Shown: positions 37,916 to 47,003 of the stretch, piece after piece
How positions within the stretch are numbered: the first letter of the stretch is position 1
Layout of the letters: every line of letters starts with the position of its first letter
Virus record (IMG/VR): IMGVR_UViG_3300049215_000481
Coordinates: 14,857 to 78,856 of that record
Direction: 5' to 3' (one strand)
Source: a virus
DNA: 64,000 nucleotides
Program-made: the position numbers and the translations under genes
The notes under the pieces: model-generated
The model's database searches: none
The model's input: only the letters and a program-made list of their open reading frames with translations
Told to the model about the DNA's origin: nothing

Positions 37916-38419
37916 GTGGCAGTGGAAGCCACCGATCTAGCGCGCAAGACAGCCGAGTTCGCGGTCCACGACCGCGGTAAGATGGAGGACCCGGTCGGGT
38001 CCAACGCAGGTCCGGCGATCATGCCGTACCTGCTCTACACTGGCCTGCCCGCAGGTCAGCCGTACTGCGCGTCCGCGTGCTCGCTGTGGGTGCACCTCGC
38101 GGCAGGCGCTCTCGACGTCACGCCCGTCTTCAAGAAGAGCGGCAGCGCGCTGGGGCTCGTGCGCGCGAACCCGAGTCTCGTGATCCCGAAGGAGCAGTTC
38201 GACGCCTCATGCGTCCCCTGCATCGGCATCAACGTGCACAGCGACGGAGTCCACGGCCATGCGTTCCTCATCATCGGCTTCGACGAGGCCACGGGGGCGC
38301 TCACGACGGTCGACCCGAACTCGAATCCCTCCGGCTCTCGCGAAGGCATCGGCGTGTTCGTCCTGAACATCCGCAACATCAAGGACCCGCAGAGGGTCTG
38401 CTACCTGAGGATCGCGTAA
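37916..38419 (+). CDS. CHAP-like peptidoglycan hydrolase (putative endolysin)
   Basis: SNAGP..GQPYCAS (catalytic Cys), HGHAF (His), TVDPNS; late motif upstream. Confidence 0.7.
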   Translation: MAVEATDLARKTAEFAVHDRGKMEDPVGSNAGPAIMPYLLYTGLPAGQPYCASACSLWVHLAAGALDVTPVFKKSGSALGLVRANPSLVIPKEQFDASCVPCIGINVHSDGVHGHAFLIIGFDEATGALTTVDPNSNPSGSREGIGVFVLNIRNIKDPQRVCYLRIA

Positions 38420-38574
38420 TGAGTGTTATCACAGGCTCTGTTGTGACCGGCGGCACCGCTGGCGGCCTCTCGGGTGACGGCATCCACCCCAGCGAGGCCG
38501 GTCACGCGAGCATCTTCGACGGCTCTGGCGGCTTCGCTGGCACCACAAACGTCAAGGCAATCCTCGGGATCTAA
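38419..38574 (+). pseudogene. Remnant of an SGNH/GDSL hydrolase gene
   Basis: 51 aa ORF containing only the block V motif DGIHPSEAGH. Confidence 0.5.
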
Positions 38575-38602
38575 GAGCCGCAATCTTTTCTGCGAGAGTC
38601 AC

Positions 38603-38932
38603 ATGCCGTCCATCGCCATCCAAGAAGCCTTCGTCGCCATCTCGGCGGCCACCACCGGAGGCGTCCTCACCGTCACCGCGACCGACTACCTCTTCCCAGG
38701 CGCACTGGCGTGGGTCGTCAAGGACGACGGCAGCGCTCGCGCTCGGGTGAAGATCATCGCACGCCTCAGCTCGACGACCGTCCTGGTCCGCCGCTTCATC
38801 AACGACAACGAGAACGGGCCGCCGAACTACGGCAGCTCGGACATGTCGGCGTTCAACGGCTCCTCGCACATCTGCCAGGAGCCCCAGACGGCTCCGGTCG
38901 ACCCCGCCTACTCGGTCCGGGTCGTCGGCTAA
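38603..38932 (+). CDS. Hypothetical late protein
   Basis: Late motif at 38581; ATG 38603. Confidence 0.65.
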   Translation: MPSIAIQEAFVAISAATTGGVLTVTATDYLFPGALAWVVKDDGSARARVKIIARLSSTTVLVRRFINDNENGPPNYGSSDMSAFNGSSHICQEPQTAPVDPAYSVRVVG

Positions 38933-38952
38933 CCCAGCCTCGCCTCACCTGC

Positions 38953-38987
38953 AAGGGCGCCGCCTCCGCTCGGGGGTCGGCGCCCTT
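38953..38987. terminator. Hairpin between convergent transcription units
   Basis: AAGGGCGCC...GGCGCCCTT inverted repeat. Confidence 0.65.
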
Positions 38988-38990
38988 CGT

Positions 38991-40232
38991 CTATCTGGGC
39001 ACGTAGACGTAGCTCGTCGCGAGCTTCGCGCGCGTGATGGCGGTGTACAGCCAGCGCGCCTTCTCGCGCCCCTTGAGCATGCCCAGCGCGTCCTCCAGGA
39101 CGATGAGCACCTCGGGCCACTCGGAGCCCTGCGACTTGTGGCAGGTGAGCGCGTAGCCGTAGTTGCAGTGCAGGTGCGGCGGGACGTGCTCGTAGTCGTG
39201 GTTGTCCTGGTACCAGAAGCGCGCGCCGCGCCGGATGGCAGAGATGCCGATCTGTGCCGCGTCCGTCTTGCCGAAGATCTCGTCCGGCGACAGCGTGGCC
39301 CAGTTCTCGTCGATCCGACCGACGCCGAAGTGCATCTCCAGCGCGCTGTTCGTGAACCTGTCGCTCACCACCTTCGGGCTCGGCGCGTACTGCCAGCCGC
39401 CGAAGTCGATGACCTCCCCGTTGTACCGGTTCAGCTTGTAGTTGTTCTGCGTGACCAGCAGCGGCTCCCCTGCTTTCAGGGTCGCCGGCTCGTACCCCAG
39501 CGCAGCCCGCACTTGGTTGTTCAGGTCGTGGCGGCGCAGGTTCGTGAAGGAGATGGCGCATCCGCCGCGGGCGCGCGTCGCGATGATCTCGTCGACCAGC
39601 TTGTCGGCTCCTACGGCGCGCAGGTGCCGCATCGCCATGAACTCCGGCTTACCCTCACGGAGGCTCATCGAGGCGCGGATGATCGGCGAGTCGAGGGCCT
39701 GGCGGTGGACCTCGGTGAGGTTGACGGAGAAGGGCGTCTCGACGCTGAGGGTGGAGAACGGGTTGCCCTCCTTGTCCTTGTGGACTGGCGGGAGCTGGAA
39801 GAGGTCACCCATCAGGACGATGTGGAAGCCGATGAGGCGCGCGACCTTCAGGAGGTCGTGCCACACCTTCTCGTCCACCATCGACGCCTCGTCGATGAGC
39901 ACGTACTTGCCGTGCATGTCGCCGACTTCCTCGGCCCACGACGTCTTCAGGTTGAAGACGAGCTTGCCCTTGTCGTCCTCGCTCGGGTCGTAGAGGAACC
40001 GGTGGATGGTCGACGCGGGCAGCCCGGTCGCCTCGTGGACGCGCAGCGCGGCCTTGCCGGTCGGCGTGAGGATGACCGGCTCGCCGTACAGCTCTGCGAG
40101 GACCGAGATCATCGTGGTCTTGCCGGTGCCGGCGTAGCCGGTGATCTTGGCGACCAGCTCGTCGTTCTGCGCGAGGAAGACTCCTGTCATGTCGGCAGCG
40201 GCCTGCTGCCCTGACGCGAGGACGAGGCTCAT
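38991..40232 (-). CDS. RecD/Dda-like SF1B helicase
   Basis: GYAGTGKT, TPTGKAA, STIHR, LIDEASM, GD..QLPPV, LTEVHRQ, YALTCHKSQGSEW, LYTAITRA. Confidence 0.93.
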   Translation of the reverse strand: MSLVLASGQQAAADMTGVFLAQNDELVAKITGYAGTGKTTMISVLAELYGEPVILTPTGKAALRVHEATGLPASTIHRFLYDPSEDDKGKLVFNLKTSWAEEVGDMHGKYVLIDEASMVDEKVWHDLLKVARLIGFHIVLMGDLFQLPPVHKDKEGNPFSTLSVETPFSVNLTEVHRQALDSPIIRASMSLREGKPEFMAMRHLRAVGADKLVDEIIATRARGGCAISFTNLRRHDLNNQVRAALGYEPATLKAGEPLLVTQNNYKLNRYNGEVIDFGGWQYAPSPKVVSDRFTNSALEMHFGVGRIDENWATLSPDEIFGKTDAAQIGISAIRRGARFWYQDNHDYEHVPPHLHCNYGYALTCHKSQGSEWPEVLIVLEDALGMLKGREKARWLYTAITRAKLATSYVYVPR

Positions 40233-40522
40233 TGCTTCGCCGCGGTGAGGACGCCGATCTGGGCGCGCAGTTCGGCGTTTTCGCTCCTGAGCACAGCCAG
40301 CTCGATCTCGGCCTTCATCCGCAGCTCGTGCGGGGTGAGCCTGCCGGCCTTCACGATGGCGAGAGTGAAGCGCTCGCCGACGCGGTTCCTGAAGCCGTGC
40401 TCGATGTAGTTGACGATCTCGGGCCCGGGACGGAGCAGGCGCTTCTTCGCACCCCACCTCATCAGTCGGCAGCCGATGAGAGCCACGATGGCCCGCGGCA
40501 AGCTGAGCCTCTGCCCGATCAT
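40229..40522 (-). CDS. Hypothetical protein
   Basis: ATGA-coupled ORF. Confidence 0.55.
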   Translation of the reverse strand: MIGQRLSLPRAIVALIGCRLMRWGAKKRLLRPGPEIVNYIEHGFRNRVGERFTLAIVKAGRLTPHELRMKAEIELAVLRSENAELRAQIGVLTAAKQ

Positions 40523-40848
40523 TGGTGCCACCCGGGAAGCGAGCGCCACTCGATAGGGCGGCCGGCGGCGAGCGCTCTCTTGATGCCGTACTCCATGCCC
40601 ATCGAGATCCCGCGGTCGATGTAGACGACCGTCTTCTCTGCCGCGTCACCCCAGAGGAGGCCAGCTTCGATGCCGAGGGTCCGCTCGCTGGGGATGTCGT
40701 CGTTGAGCACGCTGGGCTGTGTGTACAGCGCGTGGCTGGCGTACGGCGCCTCGTCGCGCATGAGGCAGTCGTGCATCGCCGCGCGCACGTACTGGAGGTT
40801 CTGACTGACGTCGCCCGCGAACGGGCTCTCGATTAGGACGCGAATCAT
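40519..40848 (-). CDS. Conserved phage protein with nucleoside deoxyribosyltransferase-like fold
   Basis: IESPFAGD..N..Y...EAPYASH.LY...ER.LGI...GISMGM..GI. Confidence 0.7.
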   Translation of the reverse strand: MIRVLIESPFAGDVSQNLQYVRAAMHDCLMRDEAPYASHALYTQPSVLNDDIPSERTLGIEAGLLWGDAAEKTVVYIDRGISMGMEYGIKRALAAGRPIEWRSLPGWHQ

Positions 40849-41153
40849 GACGCCGGACGAGTCACTGCGAGGCCGAAGCACGCGAGGCCGAGGAAGACGT
40901 TCGCGAACCCGAACAGGACGAGCCCTGCGGTGAAGGCGTGGATCGCTAGGGCTGCGACGGCGGCTCCGACCAGGAGGTAGAAGAACCGCACCACCACGTG
41001 CAGGCTCGACTCCGAGATGGTGGCCTGGAGCACCGCCAGGATGCCCAGCATCGCCAGCGGAGCCAGGCTGTGCGCGAGCACCGCCAGGCAGCAGGCAGCC
41101 TCGAAGAGGAAGATGGGCGGGGTGTAGCGAGCGAGACGTTGCAGCTTGTCCAT
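40845..41153 (-). CDS. Multi-pass membrane protein
   Basis: Hydrophobic; ATG 9 nt after the - strand TTCGCTAT. Confidence 0.65.
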   Translation of the reverse strand: MDKLQRLARYTPPIFLFEAACCLAVLAHSLAPLAMLGILAVLQATISESSLHVVVRFFYLLVGAAVAALAIHAFTAGLVLFGFANVFLGLACFGLAVTRPAS

Positions 41154-41170
41154 GTGAGCCTGATAGCGAA

Positions 41171-41680
41171 TCAGCGCCTCGTGAGCGCCTTGTGGATCTT
41201 CCGGCGGATGATGTCGCGCTTCATCGTGCCTGCGCCGTCCACGAACACCTTGCCGTCGAGGTGCTCGATCTCGTGCTGCGCGCACTGGGCCTCGATGCCG
41301 TACATGAGGAAGCGCGAGCGCGCGCCGTACGCCTCCTGCGCGGAGATGATGACCTCTGGGTGGCGCAGGACCTTCTCCGAGTATCCGGGCACCGACAGAC
41401 AGCCCTCCTCGACCAGCGCCGGCTCGTCGATCAGCTCCTCGATCTGCGGGTTGACGTACGCCCGCACGGAGCCGTTGAAGGGAGCGAGTGCGATGAAGAC
41501 GCGCTTCGGCACCCCCACCTGGATGGCCGCGAGGCCGACGCCGTTGTTCACGCGCATCGTCTCGATCATGTCGGCGACGAGCTTCTTGAACTCGTCGGAC
41601 GCCTGCTCCTCGAAGCTGACCGGTTCGCTGACCTGCGCGAGGACGCGGCTCGGCCAGTACACGAGCTGAAGGACGCTCAT
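41171..41680 (-). CDS. def: Peptide deformylase
   Basis: GVGLAAIQVG, EGCLS, QHEIEHLDG motifs. Confidence 0.95.
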   Translation of the reverse strand: MSVLQLVYWPSRVLAQVSEPVSFEEQASDEFKKLVADMIETMRVNNGVGLAAIQVGVPKRVFIALAPFNGSVRAYVNPQIEELIDEPALVEEGCLSVPGYSEKVLRHPEVIISAQEAYGARSRFLMYGIEAQCAQHEIEHLDGKVFVDGAGTMKRDIIRRKIHKALTRR

Positions 41681-41758
41681 CGTTGACTCCTGAATGGATG
41701 GTGAGGGCCGGGCCGTTGGGTCAGGCCCTGGGACGGCCCGGCCCCTTCACCGGTGAAA

Positions 41759-42046
41759 TCAGCCCTCGGTCTTGGCCGAGGCGCGCTTCAGACCGAGCGA
41801 GCCGCCGATGTGGCTGAGCACCACCAAGACAGCGGTGGCCTTGAGCGCCGTGAACGAGGGCGCGGCGGCGAAGGTGCCGACGACGCCGTAGTTCCAGCAC
41901 AGAGCGAAGACCCAGCCGCCGAGGAGGAAGAGCGCAGCCACCAAGGCCAGGAAGAGGATCACCACGATGATGGCGATGCCCGCGCCGGTGACACCGCGGA
42001 GGGTGCGCTGCATTTTCTGCTGAACGAAGTCGATGATCGAGAACAT
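41759..42046 (-). CDS. Membrane protein
   Basis: AAGGAG SD; long TM segments. Confidence 0.65.
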   Translation of the reverse strand: MFSIIDFVQQKMQRTLRGVTGAGIAIIVVILFLALVAALFLLGGWVFALCWNYGVVGTFAAAPSFTALKATAVLVVLSHIGGSLGLKRASAKTEG

Positions 42047-42101
42047 GTCTGCTCCTTGTTTGTTTTGCTTTTCGAGCCTTCAAGGAGCCTGATAGCGAAT
42101 C

Positions 42102-42644
42102 TCACCACTCGGTGAAGTCGGTCAGCGTCTTCTTCTTCCGACACGATACGCAGGCGATCGACGTGACGATGCCCAAGCCTGTGGGCGTGAACGTGTAGCT
42201 GAACCGGCCACCGGCCGCCGCGCGGCACCTGCCATGGCGCTTCTCGTGGCGCTTCATGAAGCGCTGCGCCAGGTCCTGCTCCTTCCACGTGAGCCGGAAC
42301 TCGCCGTACGAGTACGTCATGCTACGGCCGAAGTAACTCGCGATGACGGACTCGATGTTCTTCTTGCCGGCTGGATTCGCGCTGTGGCAGGTGGGCTTCT
42401 TCTCAGGCCAGCGACCGGTTGAGGCCATGAAGAGCGCGACCGTGTAGCCCGTCCAGTGGCATTTACACCCACACACGGACTTGTAGCCCTCGCACCCCTC
42501 GCACCCCTCGCAGTGCCCGAGGTCGTGGTCCAGCGACACCTCCTCGAAGTGCTGGCGGCCCAGCACCTCGATGGCGTCGAGGGCCGTCTTGACGTGCATC
42601 CAGCCCTCAGGAGCTGGGCGCTTGTCGTCGAGCCAGAGCTTCAC
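42102..42644 (-). CDS. Cyclic-phosphate-processing receiver-domain protein with C-terminal extension
   Basis: KLWLDDKRPAP..W...VSLDHDLG...TGY...HSANPAG. Confidence 0.8.
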   Translation of the reverse strand: MKLWLDDKRPAPEGWMHVKTALDAIEVLGRQHFEEVSLDHDLGHCEGCEGCEGYKSVCGCKCHWTGYTVALFMASTGRWPEKKPTCHSANPAGKKNIESVIASYFGRSMTYSYGEFRLTWKEQDLAQRFMKRHEKRHGRCRAAAGGRFSYTFTPTGLGIVTSIACVSCRKKKTLTDFTEW

Positions 42645-42916
42645 GACGGCTTCCCCGTCGGGGTCGGGTACGCGGAAACGGAGCCCGGCGGAAGCTGCAT
42701 GTCGTCCGTGTTCGAGCGCCGGATGGTGCACTCGTAGATGACCCCGTTCCCGTCGGGGTCCATCGTCGCGTAGATGAGTGTGTCCGCGGACACGTAGACC
42801 ACCGACGCGTCCGAGTCGACCTTCTGCAGCTCCTTGGCCGCACCGGCGATCATCGTGTCGACCTCTTGTTGGCTGAGCTTCCCCTCGGGGACCCAGCGCT
42901 TCATCTTGACGTCCAT
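42641..42916 (-). CDS. Hypothetical protein
   Basis: Coupled to both neighbours. Confidence 0.6.
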   Translation of the reverse strand: MDVKMKRWVPEGKLSQQEVDTMIAGAAKELQKVDSDASVVYVSADTLIYATMDPDGNGVIYECTIRRSNTDDMQLPPGSVSAYPTPTGKPS

Positions 42917-43653
42917 TAGACGCCCGTGCTGCCCATCCCGCCCGCGCCGCGCGCGGTGTCGCTCAGCTCGTCGGTCTCGACGAACTCGACCTCGGGGACC
43001 TTCTGGATCACGAGCTGGGCGATGCGGTCGCCGTTGTTGATGTCGAAGGCCTCGGAGCCGTGGTTGATGATGATGGCGCCGACCTCACCGCGGTAGTCGG
43101 CGTCGACCGTGCCGGGCGAGTTGACGATGGAGATGCCCTTCTTGATGGCCAGGCCGGAGCGCGGGCGCACCTGCGCCTCGTAGCCCGGCGGCAACTCGAT
43201 CGCGATGCCGGCGCCGATGACCTTGCGCTGCCCCGGATAGATCCTCTGCGGGGCGCTCACGCGAGCGTGGAGGTCCACACCGGCGGCGCCCTCGGTCTGC
43301 TGCCTCGGGATGATGGCGTCGTCGAACAGCTTCTTGATCTTGACGGTGACGTTGCTCATCTGTTCTTCCTCCCAGCTCTTCTTCTCGTCCGCGAGAACTT
43401 CGTCCCACACCTTGTTCTGGTAGTCGTTCGCCTCGCCGATGACGACGCTGGCGTAGTAGTTCGGCTTCGACAGAAGCCCGCCGGTGATCTCGCAGTAGAC
43501 CTTCGAGACCTGGTCCATCACGAAGCCGTAGTCGAACAGCTCGCACATCACCTTCTCGGGGACGATGTTCCCCGCCTCGTCGCACACCAGGGCCTTCCAG
43601 TGGTTCTCCCACTGCTCGACGACTTCTGGCGGCACGGGCTTCTTCTCGCTCAT
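42916..43653 (-). CDS. dut: dUTPase (trimeric) with an in-frame 98-aa N-terminal extension; internal start at 43359
   Basis: AAGVDL, RPRSGLA, NSPGTVDADYRGE, GDRIAQL, RGAGGMGSTG. Confidence 0.93.
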   Translation of the reverse strand: MSEKKPVPPEVVEQWENHWKALVCDEAGNIVPEKVMCELFDYGFVMDQVSKVYCEITGGLLSKPNYYASVVIGEANDYQNKVWDEVLADEKKSWEEEQMSNVTVKIKKLFDDAIIPRQQTEGAAGVDLHARVSAPQRIYPGQRKVIGAGIAIELPPGYEAQVRPRSGLAIKKGISIVNSPGTVDADYRGEVGAIIINHGSEAFDINNGDRIAQLVIQKVPEVEFVETDELSDTARGAGGMGSTGV

Positions 43654-43940
43654 TTCGCGGCCTCCTCGCAGTAGCGCCGCACGGCCTCTTCGAGGCTGCA
43701 GCAGTCCGTGTCCTCCGCGAAGCTGAACGTCACCGTCAGGTGTCCTCGCTTCCCGATGATGGTGTCCTCGCCGCGATCGAAGAACTGCTCCAGGAGGTAC
43801 CTGCAGCTCGGCTTGTTCGTCTCGGGGTTCGTCTTGGAGTGCCTGAGATGGGTCTCGTCCGACGGACAGTCGTCGATGACGATGCGGCCGAACGGGTCCT
43901 GTCGCACCCAGCCCTTAACGCTGAAGAACTTGTTGATCAT
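43650..43940 (-). CDS. Hypothetical protein
   Basis: ATG after the AACGCTAT variant. Confidence 0.6.
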   Translation of the reverse strand: MINKFFSVKGWVRQDPFGRIVIDDCPSDETHLRHSKTNPETNKPSCRYLLEQFFDRGEDTIIGKRGHLTVTFSFAEDTDCCSLEEAVRRYCEEAAK

Positions 43941-43960
43941 GTGTGGGCCCAATAGCGTTT

Positions 43961-44413
43961 CTACTCGTCGCGGCGAACGACAATGCCGTAGCGCAGGCCG
44001 TCCCTGTCGGGGGTCCACCAGCGCAGGAGCTGCTTCGCGTTGATCACATCGACGCCGCATTCCTTGCGGTTCCACGCCGCGTTCCAACTGTCGAACGTGA
44101 CGATGCGGACGCCGATGGCGCCGATCGCAGTCGCCCAGTGTCGGCCCTCCTCGACCGACAGGATGACGGCCGCGCCCTCACGCAGGTGGTGCAGCAGCGC
44201 CTCGTGCGCTTCGTCCTTCGGAGCCCGCAGGTCCTCCGGAGTGAATCCGAGGCGCTCCAGCGCGTTCTTGATGCCGTGCTCTGTCGTGCCGTCCTTCTTC
44301 GTCGTGCCGCTGTGGGCACGAACGCTCCGCTCGGAGACTTTCACTCCGAGCGCACGTGCGGCGTTGACGACGGCGAGGATGCCGCAGGTATATCGGCTTC
44401 GCTGCAACTTCAT
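43961..44413 (-). CDS. Peptidase C39-like cysteine protease
   Basis: Q.....CG (catalytic Cys), GTT, GRHW (His), TFDS (Asp). Confidence 0.7.
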   Translation of the reverse strand: MKLQRSRYTCGILAVVNAARALGVKVSERSVRAHSGTTKKDGTTEHGIKNALERLGFTPEDLRAPKDEAHEALLHHLREGAAVILSVEEGRHWATAIGAIGVRIVTFDSWNAAWNRKECGVDVINAKQLLRWWTPDRDGLRYGIVVRRDE

Positions 44414-44970
44414 AGCCCGCGCCGCTCTAGATGCTGCGCCACTTGTCGCACCCACGTGCAGAACTCCTGAATAGTCATGCTGGCCTTGGCCACATTGCAG
44501 CGCCAACACGCCGTTACGCAGTTCGCGGCCGAGTAGCCGTACCGGCTGTTGACGCGATCGAGGCCGTTGTACAGGTACCTACTGTGCTGCCCGCCATTGA
44601 TGGCCACCGTGGCCGGTGGAGTGCCACAGTAGAAGCACGGCTGTGTCGTCAGTTCTCGGAACTGGCGTCTACCAATGCGGAAGCTGAGCCCGCGTCGTCG
44701 AGCCGTGTGGCGGTATTTGTTCAGGAGAAGGTTGAAGCCGCTAAGGCCGGCTGGCTTGCGGCGCCGTCGACCCGCGTCACCAGGCCCCCAACAGCCGCAA
44801 GAACGAGAGCCTCCTTGTCGCAAGCTGTAGCCAGCGACGGCCTTTCGACGTCCACATCGGCATCTACAGTCCCAATACAACGACGCGCTCTTGCTCCGGC
44901 GGCCCGCTAACGCCAGAACTGTCCAATGGCCGAACGTACGTCCGATGAGATTGATTGGGCGGGCTGGCAT
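44410..44970 (-). CDS. HNH homing endonuclease
   Basis: NLIGRTFGHWTVL..WDCRCRCG..SRSCGC; CFYCG..NGLDRVN..GY..NCVTACWRCNVAK; paralog of 19197. Confidence 0.9.
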   Translation of the reverse strand: MPARPINLIGRTFGHWTVLALAGRRSKSASLYWDCRCRCGRRKAVAGYSLRQGGSRSCGCWGPGDAGRRRRKPAGLSGFNLLLNKYRHTARRRGLSFRIGRRQFRELTTQPCFYCGTPPATVAINGGQHSRYLYNGLDRVNSRYGYSAANCVTACWRCNVAKASMTIQEFCTWVRQVAQHLERRGL

Positions 44971-44971
44971 A

Positions 44972-46063
44972 TCAGTGCTTCTCGGTGCCGTTCTTCCGCA
45001 GCAGGTACGTCTCGCCGACCAGCTTGAGGACGACGCGGCCGAGGGCCGGGTGCCGGCGCTCCACGACGGGGCGGATGACGATGCCCTCGCGGAAGTGTCC
45101 GGCGATCGTGCTCGGACCATCAGAGAGAGGCTCGACCACCGCGGGGTCGTACGGGCCGCGGTACACGACGGGCACCGTGGGGAGGTCGATGGTGCGGCAG
45201 ACGGAGACAATGTCGTCGTGGCTGCGGAACTCGCGCGTGGGCATGTGCATGATGTCGAAGATGGCGAGCCGGATCTCACCGTCCTTGAGGCCGTACTCCA
45301 TGTCCTGCACGCCCGAGCCGTACACCTCGCCGTAGAAGGCCACGTCCGGCCACTTGGCGAGCTTCTCGACCAGGTTGTACTGGCGCGCCGCGCGCCACCA
45401 GATGCTGTCGTCCTCGACGGGGCGCATGACCCTGTGCGAGCTGACCCATAGCCGCCCCTTCGTGAAGCACAGCGCGGCGTTGCACCCGTGGATCTTCTCG
45501 GTCGCGACGATCTCTTCGCCCGGCGTCAGCACCGCCTTGTGCTTGCGGTAGTGGTTGATCTCGTACACCGGCATGAGGCGCGGGATCGGCTTCTTGACGA
45601 GACCCAGCTTCTTGCGCGCCCACGAGACGAAGCGCTGCCACAGCGTCTTCGGCTTCTTCTCGCGCTGCTCGGGCTGGTACGTCGCCTCGGGCTCCTCGTA
45701 CTTCGTGATGCCGAGGGCCAGCGACACATCAGTGCCGTCGGGGCCGTGTCCGGGGGTCGGACCAGGACCAAGCGCTCCGATCGGCACGAGCATGCCCATC
45801 GAGAAGATCTGCCGAAGGCGCACTGCCTTGAGGCGGTGCACGCCGTTCTTGAACTTGAGGTGCGAGCAGTACGTCTTCACCCACTCGCGGTCCTCGGGGA
45901 TGAGTGACTCGACGGGAATGTAGACGGCGAGGTCGCCCTCCTTGAAGTCCGTCGTCCTGACGATGACGGGACAGCCCTCTACCTCGGTGATGCTGATGGT
46001 GTCGGCGTTCGGGTGCTTCGAGATGGTTCCGAGCTTCACTACCGGGACGGAGAAATCACTCAT
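44972..46063 (-). CDS. ATP-dependent RNA ligase (DRB0094/Rnl5-like, N-terminal OB domain)
   Basis: HPNADTI, RL..VRLR...SMG OB region; TEKIHG motif I; FYGEVYG; FDI; REGIVI; LK. Confidence 0.88.
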   Translation of the reverse strand: MSDFSVPVVKLGTISKHPNADTISITEVEGCPVIVRTTDFKEGDLAVYIPVESLIPEDREWVKTYCSHLKFKNGVHRLKAVRLRQIFSMGMLVPIGALGPGPTPGHGPDGTDVSLALGITKYEEPEATYQPEQREKKPKTLWQRFVSWARKKLGLVKKPIPRLMPVYEINHYRKHKAVLTPGEEIVATEKIHGCNAALCFTKGRLWVSSHRVMRPVEDDSIWWRAARQYNLVEKLAKWPDVAFYGEVYGSGVQDMEYGLKDGEIRLAIFDIMHMPTREFRSHDDIVSVCRTIDLPTVPVVYRGPYDPAVVEPLSDGPSTIAGHFREGIVIRPVVERRHPALGRVVLKLVGETYLLRKNGTEKH

Positions 46064-46167
46064 CGGCCGCGCTTCTTTCGTTTGGGAAGCGGCGGCGCGG
46101 GGAGATAGAGCAGGATGATCCCGCCCCCAATGTGCAGCTCTGTCTTGATGTCGGCCGGTCGCTTCAC
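46060..46167 (-). CDS. 35-aa basic peptide (not in the ORF track)
   Basis: GTG start after the ATCGCTAT variant; ATGA overlap with the ligase start. Confidence 0.4.
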   Translation of the reverse strand: MKRPADIKTELHIGGGIILLYLPAPPLPKRKKRGR

Positions 46168-46218
46168 GGGTTTCTGCTTTCCCGTGTCTGATAGCGATTC
46201 CGGCCGCTGTTCTCGGTG

Positions 46219-46518
46219 CTAGCTGAAGGCCTTTCGGCAGTGCTTGCACACGCGACGAACGGAGCCTGCCGGAGTGCTGAACGAGGCGACGTCCGCAGAC
46301 CCGCACTCGGGACACGTGGGCTGGGACGTCTCGACCTTCTCGACGACGTCCGGCGGTTCTTCTGACTCTGGCGTCAGTAGTTTGAGGCGGTCGATTTCTC
46401 GACGCAGCCTCTGAACTGTTCTGTGGAGCTGGTGGTTCTCACGCTTGAGGTCGGCCAGCTCTCTGCTTTTTCGGTCGTCACGGGCGAGGCGGTGTGGCGT
46501 CACGCGCTTCACATACAC
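46219..46518 (-). CDS. Coiled-coil plus zinc-ribbon protein
   Basis: CPECG...CKHC; TAATCTT upstream. Confidence 0.6.
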   Translation of the reverse strand: MYVKRVTPHRLARDDRKSRELADLKRENHQLHRTVQRLRREIDRLKLLTPESEEPPDVVEKVETSQPTCPECGSADVASFSTPAGSVRRVCKHCRKAFS

Positions 46519-46533
46519 TCCTGAGTGGAAAGA

Positions 46534-46794
46534 TTAGGTGGGGTCCGTCGAGACCACTGCCTCACCCTCCAACACCCAGTTCGAGCCGTTGTGCGTGATG
46601 CTGATGCGCTCCGGGTACGCAACACCGCATGAGAGGAGCGCCGGCTGATCAGCGACCGCCTGAATCAGACCGACGAGCCGCACTCGGGCTTCTTGACTGC
46701 CCTGGACGGACGGCTCGTCGTCGATACGAAGGCGGTGACGAGTCTTTGGGCTCGTCGGGTCGCCGATCTGCACCACTGTGACGGAGCGCTTCAC
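46534..46794 (-). CDS. Hypothetical protein
   Basis: GTGA-coupled ORF. Confidence 0.55.
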   Translation of the reverse strand: MKRSVTVVQIGDPTSPKTRHRLRIDDEPSVQGSQEARVRLVGLIQAVADQPALLSCGVAYPERISITHNGSNWVLEGEAVVSTDPT

Positions 46795-47003
46795 AGCGAC
46801 GGGTCGCTGAAGTTGCCGTCTTCGTCCGACGGCTCCGCGTCCTCTTCCTCGTCGTCGTACGCGTCGGGGTCCTCGTCGACGATCTTCCCCGCCACCTGCG
46901 CCGCCACCTCTTCGATCTCGTCAGCGTCCAAGGAGTTCGTGCTCTCTTCGAGCGTCTCTTCCACGATGGTCTGAATGCGGCTTCGGCTGAGTCCCATGAT
47001 CAT
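46791..47003 (-). CDS. Small, very acidic protein
   Basis: 70 aa, dense in D/E. Confidence 0.55.
   Translation of the reverse strand: MIMGLSRSRIQTIVEETLEESTNSLDADEIEEVAAQVAGKIVDEDPDAYDDEEEDAEPSDEDGNFSDPSL

Larger units (their letters stand above)
15646..38587 (+). promoter_or_regulatory. Repeated (C/T)AATCTT motif (putative late promoter)
   Basis: At 15646, 16603, 19184, 19770, 26542, 31450, 34588, 35043, 37906 and 38581, each shortly before a gene start in the virion block; often CGCAATCTT. Confidence 0.8.

Noticed and set aside
16616-38932. Host-encoded contractile injection system (eCIS/tailocin)
   Set aside because: It is embedded among phage replication, integrase and accessory genes and shares phage-wide motifs; no Afp15-like ATPase was seen
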